From an uncultured Anaerolineales bacterium (GTDB taxonomy: Bacteria; Chloroflexota; Anaerolineae; Anaerolineales; UBA11858): a DNA stretch of 58,752 bases. How positions within the stretch are numbered: position 1 is the stretch's first letter; the number at the start of each line of letters is the position of its first letter. Below, piece after piece: positions 28,083 through 37,546 of this stretch. The notes beneath the pieces are model-generated. The model saw nothing but the letters and a program-made list of their open reading frames with translations. It was not told the origin of the DNA and did no database searches. The translations under genes were made by a program, and so were the position numbers. The stretch covers positions 1 to 58,752 of the forward strand of contig CAZLNX010000002.1 of the NCBI GenBank assembly GCA_964560795.1, in the 5' to 3' direction.

Positions 28083-28964
28083 TTACCAGGCCAAATCCGT
28101 TTCGTATCCCAAGTCAATCAGGAGCTTACCTGCAACAGATTTTATTAATTCTTTATGTTCTTCTGTGAAGACTTCTTTCCATTCCCCAACTTGACCTTTG
28201 CGAAAAGTATGCGAGTTGGCTGGATTGATATTTCCAATAACGGTTCGCATTACGTCATCCACATCCATGTCGGCTAAAGAACTCTGAGCATAGAATGTAA
28301 TCATCTTTCGAATATGTTCGGCCTGTTTCGATGACCTTAAGTCTTCAAATCTAACAGCGCACACTTCCTTGCTTCTTAGCCACCCATGATAGCGAGAAAA
28401 CCGTTCTGCAATATTAGGATAATCATATGGGCTATTGGGATCAGAATCGCCCACAATTGCCAATGTGATGCGTTCACCAAAAGTAGGAAGAGATTTGTAA
28501 TGGCGGTGCATGCGGTGCCAACGATTCATGAAAGTAAGGTAATGGGCTTCCGAAATCGCGACATCCCTTAAATCGCGGTAGATAAAAAAATGAACAACGC
28601 TTTTATTGTTTATGTTGGTTCTAAAATGTGGGTGGAAAAAAAGGTGTGCTGGCACTATTTCCCCAGGGACCATTTTGCCTAAAAGGCGTATGTGGGATAG
28701 TTTAGAACGCTCCTTGAAGGTTATCGAAGGCATTGATGCAATGAAAGTGCCGTACGTGGTGACACCAGGGATGGCCTCAAGAATTTGCAAGAGTAGATGT
28801 GTTCCACTTTTTGGAAAGGAGTTGGCGAGAACTGGTGGCATTATGCGGTACTCGCCAAGGTCTGATGTCAGTCTTTTCAGCGTTCGCGGAACCTGTTTTG
28901 ATAGCGCCGAAGCTTTACGCAAAACAGCGATGTTTTTTGCTTTGTTCATCGTCCTATACTTCAA
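28083..28964 (-). CDS. PAPS-dependent sulfotransferase
   Basis: 5'-PSB SFPKSGTHLL, 3'-PB YRDLRDVAIS, VRFEDL, C-terminal TFRKGQVGEWK. Confidence 0.9.
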   Translation of the reverse strand: MKYRTMNKAKNIAVLRKASALSKQVPRTLKRLTSDLGEYRIMPPVLANSFPKSGTHLLLQILEAIPGVTTYGTFIASMPSITFKERSKLSHIRLLGKMVPGEIVPAHLFFHPHFRTNINNKSVVHFFIYRDLRDVAISEAHYLTFMNRWHRMHRHYKSLPTFGERITLAIVGDSDPNSPYDYPNIAERFSRYHGWLRSKEVCAVRFEDLRSSKQAEHIRKMITFYAQSSLADMDVDDVMRTVIGNINPANSHTFRKGQVGEWKEVFTEEHKELIKSVAGKLLIDLGYETDLAW

Positions 28965-30342
28965 CAGCTCGATTGAATGATGCTCGTTTTGTTAAAAGGA
29001 GGGTTTCGAATCCCTTAAAATTATTTGCGACGAGAAATACCAAAGATAAATTCAGCCACCTAATAAGGTTTCCTATCATGAATGTATGGGTAGCCGATAT
29101 AACCTCTGACAATAAAATATAGAATAACACAAGGGACAAAGCGCGCCCTACAGATCTTTCGCTGTTATTATGCATTGCACGAATGCGATTTAGGGCAAAC
29201 AACCACAACGTCAACAGGGCAGCAAATCCAACTAATCCCATTTCGGTCAGGGCCTGAACCCACATGTTGTGAGAAGAGACAAATCTTAAATTGCCAGTGG
29301 TCCAATCTGGAAGAATGTAACTCTTTGTAAAAAATTGGGTTTGGTTGAGACCAATTCCCAAAACCGGATGATCTCTCCAGATTTGAAGCGAAACGGACTG
29401 CCTTCCCAATCGCCGAATCAACGACCCGCTTGCTACGATATTTTGTGCAGTTTCGTTTACTGCTGATAGAACATCTAAGCCCGAAAGTTGCAATACCACA
29501 CCGAAAGCGACGAAAATAATTACAAGTGCGAGAATGTTTTTATTCACAGTCCTAGGGAAGCCTTTATCGATAACAAGTAATATAAAAACTATCCCCAACG
29601 TGAAGAATGCTCCTTTCGAAAAGCTCAGAAAAATTGTACCAAGAAGCGTAATTAGAATCACCAAATTCATTCTTCTCGAGAAAAATAGTTCCCGATCAAA
29701 ATTAAATGCAATAGCGAAGAATAACATCAGAAATGGCGCAACCAAGTAAACCCCCAAAAATGATGGTTCTGAGAAGACCGAGGAAATCCTTTGAAGATTT
29801 CCCCAAGACCCAGTTGCAGTGAACTCATTAAAAGTGGGATTGTTCAATGATAGTACTGCAAAAGGTAAATTAAAACTTCGTGCAAACGATTGATAGATAC
29901 CGTACAAAGAAACCACAAATGGGATTGATATCCATATCCGAAAGATTTGGCGGATTTGCAACGAACTCAACCAAAGAATTGGTACAGCAACGAAGAGCGC
30001 AATTCCCAACATGAGTTGTCCAGAAGTGGTTGCAAATTCTGCAATACTAAAGGGAACCTGAAAATAGATATTCAGCAAATTTAAGATTGTCGCAATCGCC
30101 AAGGGGATAACATAAATTATGTGATCAATTGGTGAGCTTCTTCTATAAAGAATTATCCCAACAAAAAAAACTACTAACATAAGACCGGAAAGCAAAAGAT
30201 CAACGCGCCCTATAGGATATTTACCAATATTAAACAGAGTATTCCCGCTAAAAGGTAAAGATGCCACCAGCAAAATTAATACAATGCCTTCAGTTCTCGA
30301 AATGATGCTAGTTGTTACCCAATTTCCAAACGACTTTATCAT
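28954..30342 (-). CDS. O-antigen ligase/polymerase (Wzy_C) family membrane protein
   Basis: RISSVFSEPS, LSFSKGA, HPVLGIG, SHNMWVQALTEMGLVG. Confidence 0.85.
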   Translation of the reverse strand: MIKSFGNWVTTSIISRTEGIVLILLVASLPFSGNTLFNIGKYPIGRVDLLLSGLMLVVFFVGIILYRRSSPIDHIIYVIPLAIATILNLLNIYFQVPFSIAEFATTSGQLMLGIALFVAVPILWLSSLQIRQIFRIWISIPFVVSLYGIYQSFARSFNLPFAVLSLNNPTFNEFTATGSWGNLQRISSVFSEPSFLGVYLVAPFLMLFFAIAFNFDRELFFSRRMNLVILITLLGTIFLSFSKGAFFTLGIVFILLVIDKGFPRTVNKNILALVIIFVAFGVVLQLSGLDVLSAVNETAQNIVASGSLIRRLGRQSVSLQIWRDHPVLGIGLNQTQFFTKSYILPDWTTGNLRFVSSHNMWVQALTEMGLVGFAALLTLWLFALNRIRAMHNNSERSVGRALSLVLFYILLSEVISATHTFMIGNLIRWLNLSLVFLVANNFKGFETLLLTKRASFNRAVEV

Positions 30343-30380
30343 TAAATCATTCCTTTTAGATAACCTGCTTCAATTGGCAT

Positions 30381-32498
30381 TTACTTTTCAATTGGGGCCA
30401 TCCAAAGCAACACATAATCTCCCCCACCTAAATTCACTACTTCAATAGCGTCAGACTCAGAAAATGCCATTAGAACAGTGTCGACATTTGCTTTGCGAGC
30501 TAAAAACATACTGTTGGGGTATTCGTTAACAATCGTGTCAACGCATGAGACTCCACTACAAATAACATCATAGGTAGCACTGTTTCCGGGCTCTCGCCAA
30601 TAAGTACATTTTTGTAATCCATCTGATTTAAAAGCACAAAGTGCAAAGCGGTCTTCGAGCGCAGGGTTATACGCCAAAGGTTGGTTCCGAGATAACAACA
30701 GTCCAGTATCTCCCATCTTTTCCAGATTTTCCAGAACTAATCCCAGCCCCCACGAACTTCCGACATCAGCCTGATGGGTATCTTGGAGTGAAATCAGTTC
30801 GCTATCCGAATAGACATTGGCAATTGTCGTTGGAATAATCAACAGGATCAGAACGATGGAAATGCTTACTCCCCAACCAGGAATCTTTACTTCACGCCCG
30901 CCGGCTTCTGGAAATCTAAACAGATCGTTTGTCCAACGTCCCACTTTGAGCAACGAGTCCGGCACAAATAGAATCATTGCTCCTGTTAAAACACTGACAA
31001 TGCCTCCGGAAATAACCGCCCACCTAAAAAAGTTGATTTCTGATATTGTTTCTAAATCTAGTATCCCATCGGAACTGAAGTTATTTGCTATCATCTCTGG
31101 CGAAATGACCAATCCAAAGAGCAGGCAAAAGAGCGAGAGAACAAAGAATAGTGAGGATAATCTCCTTGGGTTAATTATTGGCTCGAAGTTGGGGTCAAGA
31201 GACAATCTATGGTCAAAATGGTAGATAAAAAAACTAATACCAGATAGCAAAAGTAGTGCCATAAGCCAAAAACCATTTCTAGCTTCGTATGAACAACACT
31301 TAGCATAGAAAACAAATCCAAATGGCACAAAAACCAAACTAACTACCCCAATTATCAAATAAGCCCGTTGACGTATCTTGACACTGAGCAAGCCTAGCAT
31401 CGCAACAAGTATAACCAGAATGGGATGAAAATAATTAAATAGTCTATTTGCAGCTGTAATAAACGTACTACTGATTAAGCTCCTTGCAGTTCGGTCAGTC
31501 AAATTTAATATATTTCCAAAAATCAAATGTTCTTTATCTTGAAATTGGAATTGAAATACTAGCAAGAATAAAATCAGCGGGATCGACAATGTTATTCCCC
31601 AAACCAAGAACTGTCCAAAGGAAATTCTTCGGGCCCATAACAAGTATACCAATAAACCCAAAACGGGCATTAGAGAAAGCGCGCCAACCTGCTTCATTGC
31701 TGCAGCAATCCCAAGAATCAGGAAAGCGAACAAGAATTTCTCCTTATAAACCACGCTATTGCTCTCCCGGAGCGCATCGAAAACTAGCATATATCCGAAA
31801 AATACAAAAATAACCACCGGGGCATCTGCGTATCCATCTCCGATCGTATCCCGAAGAGTGAGTGCAAATAGTGCCAAAGATCCAACAAGAATGACACTCA
31901 TCGCTTTTCTGCCTTCGCCAAAAAGTAGCAACCCATAGATCAGCATCATTATCATCGCTAATGGGGCGAAAAGTTTTGCAAATACCCACACATCCGTAGT
32001 GCCTTGAATATTGTATACAAACGACCAAATTCCAGGGATAAAAATTGGATACGCAGTATGATGCCAATAGGAGCGATTCACCAATTCAATCGCCCAGCGA
32101 TTGTTTTGCACCACAGCATCCCATTTCGTGAAAATCAGATCGTAATCTTGAAATAGGTATATCACTGCAATCACTACGCCCCCTAGAACAACAGTTGCTA
32201 AGAGTGAATCAGGAAGTTTCCATCGTTCGAATCTTGGAATCGCGAGTTCGAATTTCTTTCTTCGGAGAATCGGCAATAACACCACCACAACAACAATAAG
32301 ATAAACAAAATATCTTAACCATATCCCAATGTTCAAGAAATAGGCAGTTACCACTACAATCCAAGTAATCCACATCGCTTTGGCAAAATAACCGCTAAAG
32401 GCAGCTGAAGCTGAGTGCCTATTTCGATGTGGCCATAGAAGCCCCAAGAAAAATACTACTGAGAATAATGCTAAGACAGCGTGAAAAGCAATCATCAT
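30381..32498 (-). CDS. Large polytopic membrane protein, probable GT-C-like glycosyltransferase
   Basis: WDAVV..NRWA, YPIFIP, GYADAP, AMKQVG motifs; many TMs; Cys-containing soluble C-terminus. Confidence 0.6.
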   Translation of the reverse strand: MMIAFHAVLALFSVVFFLGLLWPHRNRHSASAAFSGYFAKAMWITWIVVVTAYFLNIGIWLRYFVYLIVVVVVLLPILRRKKFELAIPRFERWKLPDSLLATVVLGGVVIAVIYLFQDYDLIFTKWDAVVQNNRWAIELVNRSYWHHTAYPIFIPGIWSFVYNIQGTTDVWVFAKLFAPLAMIMMLIYGLLLFGEGRKAMSVILVGSLALFALTLRDTIGDGYADAPVVIFVFFGYMLVFDALRESNSVVYKEKFLFAFLILGIAAAMKQVGALSLMPVLGLLVYLLWARRISFGQFLVWGITLSIPLILFLLVFQFQFQDKEHLIFGNILNLTDRTARSLISSTFITAANRLFNYFHPILVILVAMLGLLSVKIRQRAYLIIGVVSLVFVPFGFVFYAKCCSYEARNGFWLMALLLLSGISFFIYHFDHRLSLDPNFEPIINPRRLSSLFFVLSLFCLLFGLVISPEMIANNFSSDGILDLETISEINFFRWAVISGGIVSVLTGAMILFVPDSLLKVGRWTNDLFRFPEAGGREVKIPGWGVSISIVLILLIIPTTIANVYSDSELISLQDTHQADVGSSWGLGLVLENLEKMGDTGLLLSRNQPLAYNPALEDRFALCAFKSDGLQKCTYWREPGNSATYDVICSGVSCVDTIVNEYPNSMFLARKANVDTVLMAFSESDAIEVVNLGGGDYVLLWMAPIEK

Positions 32499-32533
32499 TA
32501 ACGTACCTAAAACCTAAATATTCGCAACAGAAT

Positions 32534-33508
32534 TTATTCGTTTATTAATCCAGTAAGATCATCGGAGATGATTTTGGCCCATATTGAATGTCCTGTCTGA
32601 GACAGATGTATATAATCATAGAATAATGCCTGTATTTCAGAATTCGACAATTCCAGGGCAATTATTTCATCTAAGAGATATATGACGGGCAGATCATGCT
32701 CATTTATTAGCCGAAGTATGTGTTGATCCTTCTCATGACCTTCCACAACCTGTTTTACAGATGGCGAGATATAAATTAAATGGATGAATCCCTGTTCTTC
32801 TAGGAAATCATCCATTTCTTTGAGTTGTTCAATGGAAATATGTGCTGCTTGAAGTTTCTCATCATCTGAATTCTTGTTCGAATGAATACCATCATACCTT
32901 TTCATGTTCTGGCGATAATAGAAGTGATACAACGCTTCTTCAATTGCAAAAGATGGTTTCTTGCTCCAGAAAGGCAATCCAGGCAATCGGCTAATACCAC
33001 GATAAAAATCCATTTCAGGAAAGACGCTTACATATACTTTCGCGGGCATGAAACAGGCATGCACAATCAGTTTATAAACATTTCCTACACCCCATGCATT
33101 TACACCCCCATTGCCACTTTCCCAACCATCTAAGCTTTTTACAGCTAATGCAGAAAACAGTTCATCATTCGTGATATACGAACCACCATATGTTACTGAA
33201 TCGCCCAGGAAGAGAATCTTATTATCTTTGATTTCATTCCAGTCACTATCTGCCCGCAATCCCAAGTTATTGATTTTAATTTCAATATTACGATTTCTTG
33301 AAACCACTTGATTGGGAGCCGGTCGATATCCATAAAGATAACTAGATTCGTAAAGAAGCGGGTTCCCTAAACCCCAAAAACTTCGCAAAACAATTTCAAG
33401 CGCAAGAACGAGAAATACAAACAGAAATAAAATGTATACTGTTAATGTAATTTTCGGTTTCAGTTCAAACCATCTTGGTTCTTGGGATGGAAGATCTGGT
33501 TTTTCCAC
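32534..33508 (-). CDS. SGNH/GDSL hydrolase-family protein with N-terminal membrane anchor
   Basis: LEIVLR, INNLGLR, ILFLGDSVTYG, NGGV, DYIHLS..GH. Likely GTG start at 33508, after the upstream stop. Confidence 0.82.
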   Translation of the reverse strand: MEKPDLPSQEPRWFELKPKITLTVYILFLFVFLVLALEIVLRSFWGLGNPLLYESSYLYGYRPAPNQVVSRNRNIEIKINNLGLRADSDWNEIKDNKILFLGDSVTYGGSYITNDELFSALAVKSLDGWESGNGGVNAWGVGNVYKLIVHACFMPAKVYVSVFPEMDFYRGISRLPGLPFWSKKPSFAIEEALYHFYYRQNMKRYDGIHSNKNSDDEKLQAAHISIEQLKEMDDFLEEQGFIHLIYISPSVKQVVEGHEKDQHILRLINEHDLPVIYLLDEIIALELSNSEIQALFYDYIHLSQTGHSIWAKIISDDLTGLINE

Positions 33509-33518
33509 TAATCCTACC

Positions 33519-34553
33519 TTACTTTTTGGCTTGACCAGAATGCGATGTGATCCCTGGAATTCCAGAAAGCTCCATTTCTCGTTCCCCACCCAAAACTTTG
33601 CCATAATAAAGCTGCTTCAAATATTTATAAAGACGCTGGCTTCCTATCAATGTAAGAAAAAATTTGTAATACAGTCGCGGCAACTTTATATTATGTCGAA
33701 TTGCCAAGAACAGATTCTTTATTGCCAACAGCCGCTGTCCGTTTTGCAATGCAAACATGCCAAATTTCTCATATTCGCGTGAAAGATAGTTTCGATAAAA
33801 TTGACGATATCCTTCTGAGCCAATTGCTTTCTCAATTTCTGGTTTCCACTTTGTCAGAAACCCTTTAATCCCAGTGATCCGCTTTTCAGTATTTAGCGTC
33901 ATCCGGGATGAGTGTTCCTCTGTGCCGACGATCACCAGGGCTTCGTTAACATAGTCAGCCTGATATCCTGCTACTGCACACTGCATCCACATATCATGAT
34001 CTATGCCGCTGGTTAGATTTTCATCAAAGCCACCAATCTCGCGCAACGATTTCGTCCGAAACATCACAGCAGATTGGGGTGGTGTCCAGCCGCACATCAC
34101 AGCATTAAAAATTGGTCCTTTCAAGTTGGGAAGACGAACAACTTTTCCATCGATTGTTTGCGTTGTTGTTCCGCAATAAATTATCTGACACACACTACCC
34201 AAGGACTCAGCTATATCAATTTGACGCTGCAATTTCTCTGGCAACCACTGGTCGTCATCATCGAGGAAAGCAACAAACTCCCCATTTGCCATAAACAAGC
34301 CTGTATTGCGGGCTGCAGCCAACCCAAGGTTTACCGCGTGTCTTTCATAATGGACATCGCACAAATTCTCAGAATCTAACCACTCTTTGATTGCTCCATC
34401 TGAGCCGTCTTCAACAACAATGATCTCTACAGCAGGATAAGTTTGCGATAAAACACTTTGAATTGAGATCTTCGCGGATTCAACGCGATTATGTGTAGTG
34501 ATGACAATTGAAACAACTGGTGATTTCGCAATATCCATTTCAAACTGCATCAT
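33519..34553 (-). CDS. Glycosyltransferase family 2
   Basis: VSIVITTHNR, VEDGS, AARNTG, FLDDDDQW..EKLQRQ, GGFDE. Confidence 0.92.
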   Translation of the reverse strand: MMQFEMDIAKSPVVSIVITTHNRVESAKISIQSVLSQTYPAVEIIVVEDGSDGAIKEWLDSENLCDVHYERHAVNLGLAAARNTGLFMANGEFVAFLDDDDQWLPEKLQRQIDIAESLGSVCQIIYCGTTTQTIDGKVVRLPNLKGPIFNAVMCGWTPPQSAVMFRTKSLREIGGFDENLTSGIDHDMWMQCAVAGYQADYVNEALVIVGTEEHSSRMTLNTEKRITGIKGFLTKWKPEIEKAIGSEGYRQFYRNYLSREYEKFGMFALQNGQRLLAIKNLFLAIRHNIKLPRLYYKFFLTLIGSQRLYKYLKQLYYGKVLGGEREMELSGIPGITSHSGQAKK

Positions 34554-35308
34554 TTCTTTTTACACACAACAGCTATACGTTTGCAGCTACTTTCATCTTT
34601 GGCATAAAGGAAATATCGTCTATAGATCTGAAACATCCAGTAAAGCAACTTCTTATTTGTAATCAAGAAGTGGTTTCCCTTGCCTCCCATGACTCGACGT
34701 ATTATCCCCATAATTTTCGAGAGTGGATCAAAGGGAATGCAATCGATTTCTCTAAAATATGGCTCTAATATTTCAACCAATGAATCCGATGAAAAGTGCT
34801 GTACATGTTTCTCAATAAGAGGCGAATTTTTATGGGGAACAGTAAGGATTAATTGCCCAGTCTGGTTTAAAGTCGATGAGATCGAATCAAGGAATTTTCT
34901 CACATCCATAATGGGTATATGTTCAAGAACTTCCACCAATGTAACAACATCAAAACGCTCTAAGAGAGGATTTTCAATAATGTCCACCACGTCATAATCT
35001 AAACTTGGATTCAGCGCCTGGGCAAGCAAAATGGCTCGCTGAGAATAATCAACTCCTAACAACCGTTTTTCAGGATAGAGCAGAGTCAATTCTTTCAGCA
35101 ATCGGCCATCTCCACAACCAACATCAACCAAAGATTCAAATTGCCGATCTTTTAATTGGTCGATAACTATCTGCAATCCACCCATATATCTAAAGCCCCA
35201 AGACCAATATTGAACTTGAGAGAAAACATTATCACCCAAGGTAGGAATATAGTGATAGGGATAGCTGTATTGAGAATCTTGAATTAATTGGCTTTTGTCC
35301 ATTGTCAA
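34550..35308 (-). CDS. Class I SAM-dependent methyltransferase
   Basis: LVDVGCGDG, GVDYS, FDVVTLVEVLEHI, ILTVP. Confidence 0.9.
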   Translation of the reverse strand: MTMDKSQLIQDSQYSYPYHYIPTLGDNVFSQVQYWSWGFRYMGGLQIVIDQLKDRQFESLVDVGCGDGRLLKELTLLYPEKRLLGVDYSQRAILLAQALNPSLDYDVVDIIENPLLERFDVVTLVEVLEHIPIMDVRKFLDSISSTLNQTGQLILTVPHKNSPLIEKHVQHFSSDSLVEILEPYFREIDCIPFDPLSKIMGIIRRVMGGKGNHFLITNKKLLYWMFQIYRRYFLYAKDESSCKRIAVVCKKK

Positions 35309-36210
35309 AATAAGGATTTTATTGGGAGTGCTAATGTACGAATAAAACTAGATAGAACTTGCTTTGATATAGGATATAGTGTGAAAGCTCTCAAAAAATA
35401 AAGCGCGCAATTCTTCAATTCGCCCAGTTGTCCATAATGATAAGCGAGACTTGCGTAAATGTTGGCTGTTTGTTTTGGAAACTCTATCAGTTTATCCTGA
35501 AATTTCTCCAGCTTGACCAAATGCCCCTTGATAGCATTCCTTATTCCTTGTATGTCATCTCGAGTAATTTGTTCGTGACCGTGTGCGACATGTACGTGAA
35601 CCAACACGTCTGGCACCAAATCTACTTCATATTTTGCACAAACACGGCGGATAAAATCACCATCATTTCCCCTGGGAAGTGTCTCATCAAATCCACCAAT
35701 CTCGCCAAAGACTGCTTTCTGCACTAAAAGTGTTGGACAACCCCCGATGCGTTGGCGGTCTAATACAAGTGGGAAAACATACCCACTATGTGTTGGATGA
35801 TGCTCACGCACTATGTGACCATCCGAGTCAAAGTAATCCATCCAGCAATAAACTAGACCCACTTCGGGGGGCAGCTTACCAATAAGAGATACTTGTTTCT
35901 CTAATTTTTTTGGCAACCACTCGTCATCATCGTCTAGAAATGCAATCAGGCTACCCTGCGCAAGTGAAATGCCTGTATTACGTGCTGCTGACGCGCCACG
36001 GCTGGTTTCATGTCGCGTGAACCGGATGCGCGGGTCAGCCATTTGCCCCACTACTAGCGCGGTATCGGAAAAAGAGCCATCATCAATGACAATACACTCT
36101 AATCTCTGATACGTCTGACCTAAAACACTATGAATTGCGCGCTGAACAAGGTCTGGGCGGTTGTGAGTCGGGATGACTACGCTTACTAGGGGAGAATTTC
36201 CTTCGACCAT
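35305..36210 (-). CDS. Glycosyltransferase family 2
   Basis: VSVVIPTHNR, IDDGS, AARNTG, FLDDDDEW..KKLEKQ. Confidence 0.93.
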   Translation of the reverse strand: MVEGNSPLVSVVIPTHNRPDLVQRAIHSVLGQTYQRLECIVIDDGSFSDTALVVGQMADPRIRFTRHETSRGASAARNTGISLAQGSLIAFLDDDDEWLPKKLEKQVSLIGKLPPEVGLVYCWMDYFDSDGHIVREHHPTHSGYVFPLVLDRQRIGGCPTLLVQKAVFGEIGGFDETLPRGNDGDFIRRVCAKYEVDLVPDVLVHVHVAHGHEQITRDDIQGIRNAIKGHLVKLEKFQDKLIEFPKQTANIYASLAYHYGQLGELKNCALYFLRAFTLYPISKQVLSSFIRTLALPIKSLF

Positions 36211-36217
36211 TTTTCGA

Positions 36218-37486
36218 TCAATTCACAATCGTCGTTGATGGCACAATAAATTTCAGTTGATCAAGTTCCCCATCCAACAGTGCTTTATAAACATCAGCCA
36301 AACGACGGTTTAACATTTTGATATCGTAATGTTTCTCGACAAATTCTCGTCCAGCGAAACCCATATCAGGCCATTTCCCCGGATGGTCAATCAGGAATTG
36401 GATGCGATCGACCAGTGCATCTACATCACCCGCTGGCACAAGGTACCCAGATTTTCCAGGCGCAATAGCCTGATCAACGCTACCCACGTTAGTCGCAATG
36501 ATAGGCAACCCCACGGCCTGAGCTTCCATCAGCACAACTGGCAAAGCTTCATTGAGGCTCGGAAGAACAAAAATATCATTGTTTTGCATTGCCGAAATGA
36601 CCTGTTCCTGCTCACCATGCCCGAGCAAATTGACAATCCCACTTAACTCCAAATCTAGGATTTGCTGCTCCAAGCTTTCTCGTAATAATCCGTCACCAAT
36701 AATCGAATACTCAAGAAGAAGGTCTGGGTTTTGCTCTCGAACTCTCCTAATTGCTTCGATAACAAACTTCAATCCTTTTTCCTCTGATAAGCGGGCAACC
36801 GTTAAAATCCTGACTATTCTCGTCCCATCAAGTTGCGGTGTTGCTGTGCGAAATTGGAATTTCGCCAGATCAACACCGCCGGGATGATAAACGATTTTCT
36901 TGGGATCGAGACCAAACTCAACTAGATATTTGTAATTATAGTCTGAGATGGACAAAAAGCAGTCACCATGCTTAAACAAGCTGTCATAGATATGCCCTCC
37001 TTTCTCAATCCCTTCTCGGATACCGGTTCCATGAAACATGGTAACAAGCTTGCTATCAACACCTAATTGCTTTAGTCCAGCACCCAAAAAACCATTGAAT
37101 CCGAAATGGCACATCAAAATATCATATTCTCGTTCCGCATGAAGAAAGGTGAAAATTGTATAAAGAACCCGAAGCGTTACAATATCCTTTCCAGGTGTAT
37201 AAATAGATAAAAACTTCAGAATGACAGCAGGAGATTTGTAAGTATTTTTTATAACTAAACCCAGCGCTTTCAAAACACGCATGACTGGGTTTCCTGGCAT
37301 ATTGACATAATGCGTGCGCTCCAACAATCGATAAGAAACGACATCATCATGCACCTTTTCCTGATTAGGATTGGTTCTCGCGTAAATGTCAACATCGTGG
37401 CCCAAATCTAGCAAACCAGTAATCTGGTTCAGGATAAACGTTTCCGAGAGTGCAGGAAATGAATTTACAATGAAAGCTATTCTCAT
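36218..37486 (-). CDS. Glycosyltransferase family 4, WcaL-like (copy 2)
   Basis: FPALSETFILNQI, CHFG, TVARLSEEKG, EALPVVLMEAQA. Confidence 0.92.
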   Translation of the reverse strand: MRIAFIVNSFPALSETFILNQITGLLDLGHDVDIYARTNPNQEKVHDDVVSYRLLERTHYVNMPGNPVMRVLKALGLVIKNTYKSPAVILKFLSIYTPGKDIVTLRVLYTIFTFLHAEREYDILMCHFGFNGFLGAGLKQLGVDSKLVTMFHGTGIREGIEKGGHIYDSLFKHGDCFLSISDYNYKYLVEFGLDPKKIVYHPGGVDLAKFQFRTATPQLDGTRIVRILTVARLSEEKGLKFVIEAIRRVREQNPDLLLEYSIIGDGLLRESLEQQILDLELSGIVNLLGHGEQEQVISAMQNNDIFVLPSLNEALPVVLMEAQAVGLPIIATNVGSVDQAIAPGKSGYLVPAGDVDALVDRIQFLIDHPGKWPDMGFAGREFVEKHYDIKMLNRRLADVYKALLDGELDQLKFIVPSTTIVN

Positions 37487-37546
37487 ATACTGGAGTTCAA
37501 TAACTTTCTGCCCCTAGATGGATAACTACAATTGTTGAATTCCTGA

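Noticed and set aside
30162-30170. Poly-A tract in the ligase/polymerase gene as a phase-variation switch
   Set aside because: Short A/T runs are expected in AT-rich Phe/Val codons, and the gene is in frame.
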